Assembly (NCBI GenBank): GCA_002718195.1
Contig: PBDU01000017.1
Coordinates: 53,818-117,817, forward strand
Length of the DNA: 64,000 bases
Direction of reading: 5' to 3'
DNA from: Methanobacteriota archaeon
GTDB taxonomy: Archaea; Thermoplasmatota; Poseidoniia; Poseidoniales; Poseidoniaceae
Below, one piece after another: positions 37,244 through 47,725 of the stretch. Below the pieces are notes generated by a model that made no database searches, had not been told where the DNA came from, and worked only from the letters and a program-made list of their open reading frames with translations. Position 1 is the stretch's first letter, and each line of letters starts with the position of its first letter. Made by a program: the position numbers and the translations under genes.

Positions 37244-37891
37244 TTGCTAAAACTAAGCGTGGAAATCTCTGCCAAGCAAATAAGACTACTTTCCCTGTGG
37301 CTTGTGTCATTGATTGTTGTTAACTTAATATGGTCTAATGTGGCAAGCATGACAGCGATTCAGGAATTGAATGATTTTGATAGAGAAGTTGATGAGTTTG
37401 CGCAGATTGAACTATCACAATTTTTTGGTTCATCGAAACCAATGCCAGTAAGTATTGTTACTGAAACCAGTGGAGGAGAAAATTCTGGAGAATCTTTTAC
37501 TTGGAGTATAACCGATAAAACCGGCCAGGAATTGTATCGCTGGTCTGGAGACTACAACACATCAATACCTGAATGGAGTGCTGAATTGGAACCTGGCGTG
37601 TATTCGGTTCAGGTGCAGCATCCCGATTTTGTAAGTGTCAAACAATATGCTGAGATTTCACCACTCGCTGCACATGAGACAAATGTGAGGATTTTGCTAA
37701 ACCTAGGACTTTTTCTAATTGCTGTGATAGATTTTTTGATAAGGAATAGACTTTCGAAAATTGAATCCAAGCCTAAATCCAAATCAGACTACACCCCCCC
37801 ATCTTTCAAGAAGGTATCAAAATTTGATGATTCAGCGGAACTCGTAGATGATCAAAGTCCATGGCGAGATCCAATCATAGGAAATCAGTGA
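37244..37891 (+). CDS. hypothetical membrane protein (N- and C-terminal TM helices)
   Basis: LLSLWLVSLIVVNLIW and LLNLGLFLIAVIDFLI hydrophobic segments. Confidence 0.35.
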   Translation: MLKLSVEISAKQIRLLSLWLVSLIVVNLIWSNVASMTAIQELNDFDREVDEFAQIELSQFFGSSKPMPVSIVTETSGGENSGESFTWSITDKTGQELYRWSGDYNTSIPEWSAELEPGVYSVQVQHPDFVSVKQYAEISPLAAHETNVRILLNLGLFLIAVIDFLIRNRLSKIESKPKSKSDYTPPSFKKVSKFDDSAELVDDQSPWRDPIIGNQ

Positions 37892-40800
37892 GCGACATCT
37901 GTTTGGCTTTGTCGTTATTGAACAATGATTCAACACTTCCAGTCAACCATTCTACATTTTGCTCGGTGTAAGTGTCAACTCCATAAGTTGCCATTACGTG
38001 TTTTGTAACATCTATGTATTTTCTGACCGCGCCCTCGCTTACAGTTAGAGCAAGATTTCCTCCACATTGATCGCCCTCACTCCGCCTGACTCCATGTGAA
38101 GCCAAACCTCCCGGACCTGCCACTTTAACCTGAATACATTGTCCTGCAATAGGCATTCTTCTGTATGAATGCCCACATTTTAGGCATCTTACCTTTTGCC
38201 TGCCATAGGCATTCAGATTTCCTCTGAGGTCAGGAAGGAAGTGCGATCTAATCACGCTGCTGGCAACATTTCTCACGTTTACTCCTCTCAATTTCTGTCC
38301 AAGTTCGAGCTGACCATTCATCTTATCTTTCATGGTTTCGAGTGTTTTGTAAGCACTCAATCTCGGACCTGCGTCTATTGCAGCACAATCATGCGTGTAT
38401 CCATAGCCTCTTACTGCCGCTATTGTCCCTAGCCTTCTTTCTACGAAATCCATGTAATGAGACAATTCCTTTGGATGAGGCTGATTCAGAGTTGCTTCGT
38501 AAAATCTGGCCTCGTAATACCAGGCAGCGTCGACATTCAGCGCCTCTTTGTCAACCTCCGTTGGATTTAACCTCGTTGTTAGAACAAGAGGCGCGTCCAT
38601 CTGCCCTCCTCTATTAGCAGGTAGAATGTCTCTGCTGAAATTGAGCAACCCATCCATTAACAGCATGATTGCGTCTTCATCACCATCACAATTTCTCCTC
38701 TTAGCAGCGTGCATCAATGGATGCGCATATCCACCCGAGCAGTCAGCCCATCCGATTATCCGGGAGAGCACACCTCCCGAGGTGTGAGGAGCAAGAGCAC
38801 AGATTAGATGACCAACCAAGTCATCGGGTGTGTTTACGTTGTAGTAAGGTTCCATCTGGTAATATTTTGCTAGCAAATCATCGATGAATTGAGCTACTCG
38901 CACGAAGTAATCTCCCGCATCAAGAGCAACGATGAAATCTTGTGGGAAAATTTCCAGCACTTGATCATCATTTTCCAATTCATTACCTTCAATATCGTGC
39001 GAATACCCTAGATTTTTCAGTTTCTTCCATGAAACTCTAATTTCTTTGGGCCTGAAATGGGTTACGGGAACATCACTCATATCGTACCTGGTGGTTCCAT
39101 CTCTGAACACTGGAACATTATGCAGCGCTCGAAGTATTCCTTTTTCAATAGGTTCCGGAGTTTGGATTTTGCTTGTCAATTTCTTTACGCATTTGACTTG
39201 AGCTGGTAATCTTGCCATACCCATTCGAATTCTTACATCCTCAAGGACTGAATCGAGTGGAATTGATTGGATTTCTCCACGTCTTCTGCCATTATTACTC
39301 TTTGAGGGTGTCATTTCGGTCCTTCCGTGGCATGTTTCCCCAACTTTTGGCTCTCCATATTCATCTAATACTCTATGATGGCATCTGATAAATGGGGATT
39401 CTTTACCACATTTTTGACAAATTCTTCTTCCAACTTGAACCCTTATATTCCCTTTTTCAGATGCATTTGTGATTAGCCTTTGCACCCCACCAAACAATTC
39501 AATCGGCATCAATGCATGGCTCAAAGGATTCATTTTCCTTGCAGCCGCTTTTTCAGGCCTTCCCATTCTACATCCAACTCTAACAGGTGCTGAGTGCTCC
39601 CACCTCAAGTTGGATATTTTTCTCACAATCTCAAGGATTCCAATAACTCCGTAGTCGTCTTCATCCTTTAGAGCAGAATTGTAAGCATCCTGATTTTTTG
39701 GCCCCTTGTCTTCGACTTTATCTGCAGCAGTTTTCCCTATGGCATCGGTCTGGGAAATCGATTTTCCTTGCTGCCTTGCTTCTGTTTCAGCCGCGATTCT
39801 AACAGTTGCTTTTTGCCTATCAAGTTCCTTTTTCCTGATCCTTTCTTCCTCAAGTATGCTAAATGACTCTCGGAATTTAGAGATTTTCGAATTGAAGTGT
39901 TTTGATGCATCAACGATTTGAACTGGTGTTTGATTGTTGTAAGTGAAGCCCAACCCTTCCAGCAATGCTTCCCAGCCCGTTGTAATAACTAAATCATCTC
40001 CCTCATGATGATGTGCAAGACCAAGAATTAACGCAGAGCCCTTCACTAGACCATGCTGCATTAATGTCCACCACTCAGGAATTTCTTTTGCGAAAATTGG
40101 ATCTTGCGGCAATATTTGATTGCCTGGGATTTCTATTTCGTTGAAGTTTGGTTGTTTTTCAGGCATGAGCTGGCTCATAGTGGAAGGTTTCCAATCTTTG
40201 ACGGCACCTTCGAATCGTAACTGTCTTTTGCTCGGTTTTGGTTGAATGGAGATGTTTTCTCCCAAATCTGGTAAGTTGCCCATTTCCTCTATCTTTGCAC
40301 TTGAAATCTCATTGTAAAAAGTAGGCAACCATTCGTATGGTAAATCTAGGAACCAAGGGTTGTAAGGAGGCGGTAGTGAGCATCCAAATCTCTGTGCGAC
40401 ACCCTTTGCACCATCCCAACTCAAATCAAAATTTGACAGATACCTATGCCACTTTCTTCTTGTGTGGAATTTGACATCCTCGCTTGTTTCAGAAGCAGGA
40501 AATCCATTTGGCAAATCATTAGAGTTTACTCCTAATAATCCAGCCAGTTCATCGGCTTCATCTTGATTTGAGATGAATTCTAACAAATCACTTGCCCACC
40601 AATCCATCGTGTAGCCTGCCGGAACCAAATTCTTGTTATTCTCCATAAATTCTCCATAGCCGAGAACCAACTCTCCATTATCCCATATTGATTTCACGCC
40701 TTTTTTTACAGCCTGTAGGGATTTTGCATCGTCAAATCTCAAAAATTGGCCACTTTCCATGATCACCCAAGGTCCCTCGGTATCGTCGCAGGGGACAATT

Positions 40801-41978
40801 GCACACGCCTTGCCTGGGCGCTCGATTTTCATTTGTGTGCCCACCGTGATGAAATCATCCATTGCAGTCATGCAGGCTTCGTTGGCTCCTGCTGCTGCTA
40901 ATCCACTAGGTCTTGGGCGCCCATATCGAAGCCTAAATCCTCCAGGGGCGAGAGGGGCTCCAAAAACAGGTCTGCCCGCAATAATATCCTTCATGAATTT
41001 TGTAATTGGCTGGACCTTTTTCGACTTGAATTCTGTTTTCTTTTTTGCCTCGGAATCTTCTTTCCCTTTGTTTGCAAATTTAGAGATAAAATCCCAACCC
41101 GGGACCTTTAGTCGCTCTGTATGTTTCTGTATTTTCGGAGCCTTCAAACACAAACCTTCTCCGATAACAAGTAAGACACCACCTCTAATTCTTGACTCGT
41201 CAATATTCCTTACATTCCCATATCCCGCACACTCTATTGATTCGGTCGATTCGCCGTTTACCATAACAGGGCAAGCATTGACGATCATTTCTATCTCTTC
41301 GGGGCTTGGTCTGTACTGGAGATTGCCCCGATATAATCCGAATTCCTCCTTAACACGCTCGACCTCGCCTTCCGAGGGTTGATAATGACCAACATCCAAT
41401 TCCCTTCTTATCATATCTGCGATTAAAACAGCTAATGCCTGGGCAGTACCTCCGGCAGCTCTAATTGGACCAGCAAAATGCACGCTTACAAATTGAGAGC
41501 CATCCAAATTATTGAGCAACCGAACCTCACTTATTCCTTCCAAAGGAGCAACTAAAACGGCTTCGGTTAGAATTGCCAAACCTACTCTTAGTCCAACATC
41601 AATTGCAGTCTCCAACCCAGAACCCTTGTCGTTGAATGCCTTTGCAACTCTTTGAGCCATTAGAATCGATGTGGTTTCTCTGTCGTGTTCTGAAAGCATC
41701 TCTCGGATGCCATCTGCAACTTCAAATCCATCAAGATACTCAAATAGCAACTTTTCGGTTCTGCTGGCTAAATCCGAAGCTCTGGGTATCTCTACTGTTT
41801 CTTTCCAGTCAAGCCCTTTTTTTCTTGCTACTTCAGCGATTAAGTATGCTTCTTCTGTCTTGTCATCCAATAACTGATGATACCTGTTCATCTCGGCTTC
41901 CAAGCGTTCTAAATCAAGCCCAACACAAGGGTCCTCTCCCTTGGTTTTGCTCGAATCCGAGGCGGTGCTTGAGCCCAT
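37875..41978 (-). CDS. polC: DNA polymerase II (PolD) large subunit DP2
   Basis: Catalytic HAAKRRNCDGDEDAIMLLMD motif, Zn-binding Cys clusters CQKCGKESPFIRCHH and CLKCGHSYRRMPIAGQC, N-terminal YLIAEVARKKGLDWKETVEIPRASDLASRTE; 1367 aa with no intein-like insertion evident. Confidence 0.95.
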   Translation of the reverse strand: MGSSTASDSSKTKGEDPCVGLDLERLEAEMNRYHQLLDDKTEEAYLIAEVARKKGLDWKETVEIPRASDLASRTEKLLFEYLDGFEVADGIREMLSEHDRETTSILMAQRVAKAFNDKGSGLETAIDVGLRVGLAILTEAVLVAPLEGISEVRLLNNLDGSQFVSVHFAGPIRAAGGTAQALAVLIADMIRRELDVGHYQPSEGEVERVKEEFGLYRGNLQYRPSPEEIEMIVNACPVMVNGESTESIECAGYGNVRNIDESRIRGGVLLVIGEGLCLKAPKIQKHTERLKVPGWDFISKFANKGKEDSEAKKKTEFKSKKVQPITKFMKDIIAGRPVFGAPLAPGGFRLRYGRPRPSGLAAAGANEACMTAMDDFITVGTQMKIERPGKACAIVPCDDTEGPWVIMESGQFLRFDDAKSLQAVKKGVKSIWDNGELVLGYGEFMENNKNLVPAGYTMDWWASDLLEFISNQDEADELAGLLGVNSNDLPNGFPASETSEDVKFHTRRKWHRYLSNFDLSWDGAKGVAQRFGCSLPPPYNPWFLDLPYEWLPTFYNEISSAKIEEMGNLPDLGENISIQPKPSKRQLRFEGAVKDWKPSTMSQLMPEKQPNFNEIEIPGNQILPQDPIFAKEIPEWWTLMQHGLVKGSALILGLAHHHEGDDLVITTGWEALLEGLGFTYNNQTPVQIVDASKHFNSKISKFRESFSILEEERIRKKELDRQKATVRIAAETEARQQGKSISQTDAIGKTAADKVEDKGPKNQDAYNSALKDEDDYGVIGILEIVRKISNLRWEHSAPVRVGCRMGRPEKAAARKMNPLSHALMPIELFGGVQRLITNASEKGNIRVQVGRRICQKCGKESPFIRCHHRVLDEYGEPKVGETCHGRTEMTPSKSNNGRRRGEIQSIPLDSVLEDVRIRMGMARLPAQVKCVKKLTSKIQTPEPIEKGILRALHNVPVFRDGTTRYDMSDVPVTHFRPKEIRVSWKKLKNLGYSHDIEGNELENDDQVLEIFPQDFIVALDAGDYFVRVAQFIDDLLAKYYQMEPYYNVNTPDDLVGHLICALAPHTSGGVLSRIIGWADCSGGYAHPLMHAAKRRNCDGDEDAIMLLMDGLLNFSRDILPANRGGQMDAPLVLTTRLNPTEVDKEALNVDAAWYYEARFYEATLNQPHPKELSHYMDFVERRLGTIAAVRGYGYTHDCAAIDAGPRLSAYKTLETMKDKMNGQLELGQKLRGVNVRNVASSVIRSHFLPDLRGNLNAYGRQKVRCLKCGHSYRRMPIAGQCIQVKVAGPGGLASHGVRRSEGDQCGGNLALTVSEGAVRKYIDVTKHVMATYGVDTYTEQNVEWLTGSVESLFNNDKAKQMSLTDFL

Positions 41979-42102
41979 CTTTGGTAGTTCATCGGCAGGG
42001 CTTTATGATTACATCGCTGGATATTTCTGAACAAAATATTAGCAATCATACTTGATGTGACATCGAGGTAACGTATTTGCGTCTTGTCCGCTTGGCTAAT
42101 TT
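41979..42102. promoter_or_regulatory. divergent intergenic region between PolD DP2 (-) and pyrE (+)
   Basis: 124 bp non-coding AT-rich spacer flanked by two divergently oriented start codons. Confidence 0.3.
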
Positions 42103-42699
42103 ATGTCGGTTTACCCAGAACTGAGAAACCTCGAAAGTTGGTCTAGGTTGAGAGATTTGGTGCATGAACTTGCATTTCTGGATGGTGGCAGTGACACAGC
42201 ATTCACTCTCGCAAGTGGAAAAACATCAAGATGGTTTTTCGATATGAAACCAGTTATGATGCACCCTGAATGTACGAAACTTCTTGGTGAGTTGATAAAT
42301 CTCAGACTTGATTCAATGGATTGTCGTTTCGTCGGTGGGCTTGAATTAGGAGCTGTCCCGTTGACAGCCCTGGTTATAGCAACCTCAGAGGAGGATTGCA
42401 AAAGAAGGGGTATAATGGTAAGAAAAGAACCCAAAGGCAGAGGCGGCAGAAAAACAAACAACCCTCCAGGTATTGAAGGAACTTCCTTAGCAGGAGGCGG
42501 CAATATCGTTGTGCTTGAAGATGTCACGACCACGGGCGGATCAGCAATAAAGGCAGTTCAGATGCTTGAGTCTGAAACCTCTTGTAAAGTGGTAGCAGTG
42601 ATTTCAATTTTAGATCGTGAAGAAGGCGGCGTTGAAGCCTTTGAAAAAGCCGGAATTAACTTCGAATCAATTTTTACGAGAAGCGATATTTCGGAGTGA
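42103..42699 (+). CDS. pyrE: orotate phosphoribosyltransferase
   Basis: PRPP-binding VVLEDVTTTGGSA, type I PRTase length. Confidence 0.75.
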   Translation: MSVYPELRNLESWSRLRDLVHELAFLDGGSDTAFTLASGKTSRWFFDMKPVMMHPECTKLLGELINLRLDSMDCRFVGGLELGAVPLTALVIATSEEDCKRRGIMVRKEPKGRGGRKTNNPPGIEGTSLAGGGNIVVLEDVTTTGGSAIKAVQMLESETSCKVVAVISILDREEGGVEAFEKAGINFESIFTRSDISE

Positions 42700-42704
42700 A
42701 TTAG

Positions 42705-44024
42705 ATGTATGATTTAATCCGGCCTGCAAAAATCGAGCAAATCGATTCAGAAGAGCCCGTGGTCGATAAAACATCAACTAATAATTTGGCATTTTATCAT
42801 GGTAGCACTGCAAAACCATTGTCAACGCCCTGGCAGGTATCTCTTGAAAGGGCTAAGAAACTCATTACCTATGAGTTGCCTGAAGGCTACATTGTTGATT
42901 GTGCCTGTGGCTCTGGGGTTCAATTGGCAGCCTATGCCTCGCTTGCAAGAAAACCGGCAGTTGGTATCGAGTTGGATGCATCCAGGGCATTTGCAAGTGC
43001 GAAAAATTTGGAAGTTGTAGCAAATCTTAGGAAAAATTTAGACCACAATTGGTTCAATGAATCAATTTTTCTGGTTGGAGATGGCAGAAAAGGAAGGGAA
43101 GTATTACAAACAATTCATCAACAAAATGAACAAGAATCCGAGCCAAAAGTTGGACTTTTGATATTAGACCCAGCACGTCCAAGAAACAGTCGAACACATG
43201 GTCTTGAGGAGATGTCACCACAACTCCCTGAGGTGTTCTCTGGCTGGAAGGATTTCCTTAGTCATGGAAAAAACGGTCCAGCAATAATTCTCGATTTATC
43301 CCCTAGGCTCGTCCATGAACAACGTCTAGAGGTCGAGTCAATTGTTGATGAGTACTGGCCTGGAATAGGGAAAACTTGGGAATGGGTTAGTCGCGGTGGA
43401 GGAAGAGTAGATCGTTTGACCTTGTGGTTAGGGGCGGTGGCAGATCAAAAATTCAAACGCAGATTTGTCAGACTCCCATCCAATCCGAAAAATAAGCCAA
43501 CGGTAATTCAAGACGAAAAACCGCTATCTGCTGGAGAAAATACCCCCGCAGTCGCAAGAAGACTACCCCGGAAAGGAGATTATCTCAGCATCATAGATTC
43601 AGCACTAGTGGAATCTGGATTAGCCCAAGAGTGGCTGGAATCTTGTTTGGATGAGAATGCCCTCTCCAAAATAACCGACCCAGACCACGCAAAGCCTTAC
43701 TGGTCTGATGTTAGGACTAGGAGGCCGCTATTTCATCATCCCGTTGAACTCAAACTCCCCTACGGAGGAGAAAATTTCATTCAAGCAGGCGGGAAGATAG
43801 TTGCAATCTTCCACGAAGAATTTAGTTTAGAAAATTCAGACAAAATAGTTGCCTTTGCGCGCAAACACGAAATCGGGAATTTGAAAATTCGCCTCCCAAT
43901 CGACCCATCAATACAACCAAAGCTTCAGGGTGCAATTGATAGACAATTATCTTCAACTGGTGGAAAAAGGAAGGGATTTATGGTTAAATCGGGCTCAGAT
44001 AGCATGTCTCTTTTGGTGGTTTAA
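42705..44024 (+). CDS. class I SAM-dependent methyltransferase, probable RNA methyltransferase
   Basis: Motif I YIVDCACGSGVQLAAYAS, post-I acidic VGIELD, LLILDPARP motif IV-like. Confidence 0.55.
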   Translation: MYDLIRPAKIEQIDSEEPVVDKTSTNNLAFYHGSTAKPLSTPWQVSLERAKKLITYELPEGYIVDCACGSGVQLAAYASLARKPAVGIELDASRAFASAKNLEVVANLRKNLDHNWFNESIFLVGDGRKGREVLQTIHQQNEQESEPKVGLLILDPARPRNSRTHGLEEMSPQLPEVFSGWKDFLSHGKNGPAIILDLSPRLVHEQRLEVESIVDEYWPGIGKTWEWVSRGGGRVDRLTLWLGAVADQKFKRRFVRLPSNPKNKPTVIQDEKPLSAGENTPAVARRLPRKGDYLSIIDSALVESGLAQEWLESCLDENALSKITDPDHAKPYWSDVRTRRPLFHHPVELKLPYGGENFIQAGGKIVAIFHEEFSLENSDKIVAFARKHEIGNLKIRLPIDPSIQPKLQGAIDRQLSSTGGKRKGFMVKSGSDSMSLLVV

Positions 44025-44170
44025 CGAACCACGATTCAGCCACTCCCAATGTCGCGATATGCTCCGATTTTTAGGATGAGCGGCGAGTTACTTAAATCGC
44101 GGTCTTGATATAGGGGAGGTTGGTCGGCAACTTGCTCGACAGTATGTTTGAGCATAGGGTGCGTAAAATG

Positions 44171-44632
44171 GCAAGACCAACAGAAGAAGAACTAGGCGAC
44201 GATTTCTCCTACATCATTCGTATGGCTGATGCGGACGTTGACGGGCTTAAGCCACTGGCAACCGCATTGACATCTATCAAAGGAATAGGGCACAGGACCG
44301 CACATCAAATCTGCAAACTAGGCGGATTTGATGCAGAAAGAGCCGCAGGTTTCCTCGACAAAGACCAACAAGCAAAGTTGGTAGAAATGGTGGAATCCTA
44401 CGCTGAAAATGTTCCGCTATGGATGCTAAACAGGCAGAGAGACATCGAAACCGGAGATGAACTTCACCTAACCGGGCAAGCTGTGAAATTCACACATCAA
44501 GACGACATTCAAAGACACAGGACAATGAAATCTTACAGAGGTGTAAGACACGCAAGTGGTCACAAGGTCCGTGGACAAAGAGGCAAGTCCAATGGAAGAT
44601 TTGGACTTACAATGGGTGTTAAGAGGAAGTGA
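44171..44632 (+). CDS. rps13: 30S ribosomal protein S13 (uS13)
   Basis: C-terminal SYRGVRHASGHKVRGQRGKSNGR, IKGIGHRTAHQI; ORF-track start 44120 is upstream, MARPTEEE Met chosen. Confidence 0.9.
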   Translation, partial: ARPTEEELGDDFSYIIRMADADVDGLKPLATALTSIKGIGHRTAHQICKLGGFDAERAAGFLDKDQQAKLVEMVESYAENVPLWMLNRQRDIETGDELHLTGQAVKFTHQDDIQRHRTMKSYRGVRHASGHKVRGQRGKSNGRFGLTMGVKRK

Positions 44633-44642
44633 GGGATAAATC

Positions 44643-45290
44643 ATGGGTGAGCCAAAATTTTCCAGACCAAAGTACGACACACCTTCCCATCCTTGGAAGG
44701 CTGACAGAATCGAAGAAGAGCATGCTCTGAAAGCAAACCACGGTTTGAAAAGCATGAAAGAGATTTGGAAAGCCAAATCACAGTTGAGAAGACACCGAAG
44801 ACAAGCAATGCGCTTGATTGGTAGCGTTGACACAACATCGGGACACGGTGCAAGAGAACAATCTGATCTTCTTGCTTCACTATACAACAAGGGCTTGGTA
44901 GGACAAGATGCCTCTCTCGACGACATTCTGGTCATTGGCGTAGAGGAAATTTTGAACCGCAGACTTCAAGCGCAAGTGTACTACAAGGGACTTGCTGCAA
45001 CAATGCGCCAAGCAAGACAACTAATCACTCACGGTCAAATATGTGTTGGTGAGCAAAAAATCACCATTCCGTCCTATCCTGTTTCAAGGGATGAGGAAGA
45101 AGAAATTCAATACCACTACTCCAGTGCTCTGAACAACGCAGAACACCCTATCAGAAAAGCGATAGAGGGTAGAATCGCAGAAGCTGGATATGACTCAGAA
45201 GAAGTAGATCCGGAAGCAAGCGAACAATTCGCACAAGAAGTAATCGAAGGTGCTCAAGACGCACCTTCTGCTGATGGAGGCGATGAATGA
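44643..45290 (+). CDS. rps4: 30S ribosomal protein S4 (uS4)
   Basis: [18 protein letters not shown] archaeal S4 N-terminus, S4 RNA-binding domain, acidic C-terminal tail. Confidence 0.9.
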   Translation: MGEPKFSRPKYDTPSHPWKADRIEEEHALKANHGLKSMKEIWKAKSQLRRHRRQAMRLIGSVDTTSGHGAREQSDLLASLYNKGLVGQDASLDDILVIGVEEILNRRLQAQVYYKGLAATMRQARQLITHGQICVGEQKITIPSYPVSRDEEEEIQYHYSSALNNAEHPIRKAIEGRIAEAGYDSEEVDPEASEQFAQEVIEGAQDAPSADGGDE

Positions 45291-45673
45291 TGACTCACAA
45301 AGCAATCGTAAACATCTTCTCCTCTTACAATAACATTGTAATGACAGCAACAGATCTTACTGGTGCTGAGACAATTTCCACCTGCTCCGGCGGGCAAGTC
45401 GTCAAGGCAAGTAAGGACACAGGGAGTCAATTTGCAGGAACTAGAGCAGCAGAGAGAATGGCTGATGAGCTGAAGGAGAGAGAATTCACTCAATTGATCA
45501 TCAAGTATCGTGCTCCTGGCGGAAACAAAGCAAACAACACTGGTCCAAGTGCACAAGCAGCAATCCGTGCATTCACTCGTGCTGGTATGACAATAACAAG
45601 AATCGAAGACGTTACTCCTATTGCTCATGATGGAACAAAATCCAAAGGTGGGCGCAGAGGAAGAAGAGTCTGA
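45287..45673 (+). CDS. rps11: 30S ribosomal protein S11 (uS11)
   Basis: [32 protein letters not shown]-term GGRRGRRV; ATGA overlap with rps4. Confidence 0.9.
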   Translation: MMTHKAIVNIFSSYNNIVMTATDLTGAETISTCSGGQVVKASKDTGSQFAGTRAAERMADELKEREFTQLIIKYRAPGGNKANNTGPSAQAAIRAFTRAGMTITRIEDVTPIAHDGTKSKGGRRGRRV

Positions 45674-45676
45674 ATT

Positions 45677-46621
45677 TTGAGGTTGAGTAAAATGGATATA
45701 GAATTCGTGGAAGGCTGGCCAAAAGAAAACAAGGTAAGACTGTTGATTAAAAACACCGACAGCGCCCAAGTTAACGCACTGCGTAGAACCATCATTGCAG
45801 ACGTACCAAAGTTAGCAATTTCCAGAGTAGACTATTCCCAAGGAGTCACTCAAGACAACAAGGGCGAGGTTTATGAATCAGTTAATGCCTTACCTGATGA
45901 GGTACTAGCACACAGGCTTGCAATGGTCCCAGTACCAACAAACCCAGAAGAAAAATTGTATTTCCCAGATGAATGTCCAAATTGCATGGACCTTGCGCCA
46001 AAGGACAAAGGCTGCCCATCCTGTCAGGTACTTTACACTCTGAGTGCAAGAGGTCCAAGTTCAGAATCTGAAGAACAGTTCAAGACCGTCTACACAGGCG
46101 ACTTGACAACAATCTCCGACCCTATATTCGATGTTAGAGAGGAACACAGAAGAATCCCTCTTACAATCTTGGCTCAAGGGCAATACTTGGAATTCTATGC
46201 TTTCGCTGTATTGGGTAGAGGGAGAGAACATGCTAAGTTCACCCCTGCTTCTGCAATCACTTTCAGACCTAACAGAAAAGCAATCCTGAATGACGCAAAG
46301 GCTGCTGAAACCTTATTCTCTCTAAATTTGACTACAAATGATGGTACAAAAATCGACAAGAGCTTGTTCACCAAGAAAGTTTGCTCAGATGTAGACAAAG
46401 TATTGGACTTAGAGAAAGCAATGCACCAAGTTGGAGCAGGTACTGGCAGAGAGGAGGCATTTGGCGATGCGATTACCTTCGAGACCATTCCGAATGAATT
46501 TGTCTTCATGTTTGAGTCCGATGGATCTCTTACTCCTGAGCAAATCATTAATTCTGCTATGGACGAATTGCAGGGAAGATTCAGCAGAATCACAGAAGAA
46601 CTTGACTTCGCTCTTGCTTGA
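45677..46621 (+). CDS. rpoD: DNA-directed RNA polymerase subunit D (Rpo3) with Cys-cluster domain
   Basis: NALRRTIIADVPKLAI, DEVLAHRLAMVPV, CPNCMDLAPKDKGCPSCQ; conserved position after S13-S4-S11. Confidence 0.85.
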   Translation: MRLSKMDIEFVEGWPKENKVRLLIKNTDSAQVNALRRTIIADVPKLAISRVDYSQGVTQDNKGEVYESVNALPDEVLAHRLAMVPVPTNPEEKLYFPDECPNCMDLAPKDKGCPSCQVLYTLSARGPSSESEEQFKTVYTGDLTTISDPIFDVREEHRRIPLTILAQGQYLEFYAFAVLGRGREHAKFTPASAITFRPNRKAILNDAKAAETLFSLNLTTNDGTKIDKSLFTKKVCSDVDKVLDLEKAMHQVGAGTGREEAFGDAITFETIPNEFVFMFESDGSLTPEQIINSAMDELQGRFSRITEELDFALA

Positions 46622-46645
46622 TTCTTTCGTATAATATTTGCAATA

Positions 46646-47725
46646 GTGAAAATCTTTCACTATATTGATTTATTAAGCACAATTGGCTTGTTTAGAGGAA
46701 TCTCAGTGATACAGAGTAAATGCTCAGGCCATATTACTCTCATTTTTTCTATCCATGATAGTTCCTTACTTCCAAGAGCTCAAGGGTCGCGCGGCGTAGG
46801 TATTTGTTTAGAGGATGGGGTTAGAGTTGAACTTGTACATGCAGGAAAAGTCTCTCCGGATTCAGATGCAAGGACCAGTCATGGGCAATCAGTTGACATT
46901 CCTGCCGTCTATTCAAAGAAAGGTGATTTAATCGTCAATATTTATTCGATGAATGGCGAGAAATTTAGCGGTAGCGATTCAATGTACCATGACTTAGTGT
47001 CCGAGTTAAGAGAGATGTATCTTCTTTCAGAGTACGATTCCTTTGAATTAAACATATTTCTTGAATTACCGGTCTCACAAGGTTTCGGGATGTCTGCATC
47101 CGGTTTACTTTCGGCATCTCTAGCGTTTTTTGAATTTAGCAAAAAAGGGCGGCTAGATCAGTATGTAAGACTTGCACATAGGCTGGAACGGAAATACCAC
47201 GGAGGACTTGGAGACGTATTGGGAATATATCTCGGCGGAGTGGAGATGCGTACTATCGCAGGCAGCCCAGGTGCTGGAGGATTTGGTGTAAGTTTTGGTT
47301 CCAAAACTGATGTACTATTGGTTTGGGAAGACGAAGGAAAAAGGCATACATCGACGTATATAGACGACCCAAAATGGAAACTTTCCATTTCCGAAGCAGG
47401 AGATAAGTGCGTCGATGAGTTAAGTTCAGGAGCGTGGAATGAGGATAAATGGGAAAGCATTCTTGAAAATTCTATGAAATTTTCAAATGATTCAGGGATG
47501 CTTGAAGAAGATGTTAGAGCAAGTTTCCTTGCAAAGGTAAACTCTTCGATCGAAGCAATGGGTTTGTCAAACAAAGTTCAAGCATGTTTGTGCATGCTTG
47601 GTATATCAGCGGTGATTTTGCCAAAATCCTTAGATCAAGAGATTGCAACTGATCAATTACAAAATCTAGGAAAGGAGGTCCAAAGATTGGGTCTCGAGTA
47701 CAAAGTGTCTAGGATTGAGGGTTAG
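46646..47725 (+). CDS. GHMP-family kinase (pantoate kinase-like candidate)
   Basis: GHMP motif LPVSQGFGMSASGLLSASLA; N-terminal GHITLIF resembles archaeal pantoate kinase HITGFF; assignment within family uncertain. Confidence 0.55.
   Translation: MKIFHYIDLLSTIGLFRGISVIQSKCSGHITLIFSIHDSSLLPRAQGSRGVGICLEDGVRVELVHAGKVSPDSDARTSHGQSVDIPAVYSKKGDLIVNIYSMNGEKFSGSDSMYHDLVSELREMYLLSEYDSFELNIFLELPVSQGFGMSASGLLSASLAFFEFSKKGRLDQYVRLAHRLERKYHGGLGDVLGIYLGGVEMRTIAGSPGAGGFGVSFGSKTDVLLVWEDEGKRHTSTYIDDPKWKLSISEAGDKCVDELSSGAWNEDKWESILENSMKFSNDSGMLEEDVRASFLAKVNSSIEAMGLSNKVQACLCMLGISAVILPKSLDQEIATDQLQNLGKEVQRLGLEYKVSRIEG

Noticed and set aside
40759-41382. 207-aa plus-strand ORF inside the DP2 gene
   Set aside because: It is antisense to a highly conserved polymerase region. 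Its translation is Ser/Pro-rich without motifs.
37875-41978. Possible intein in PolD DP2
   Set aside because: No block of extra sequence with Hint-like motifs is visible (Cys/Ser-His...HN at junctions). The length is compatible with intein-free DP2.
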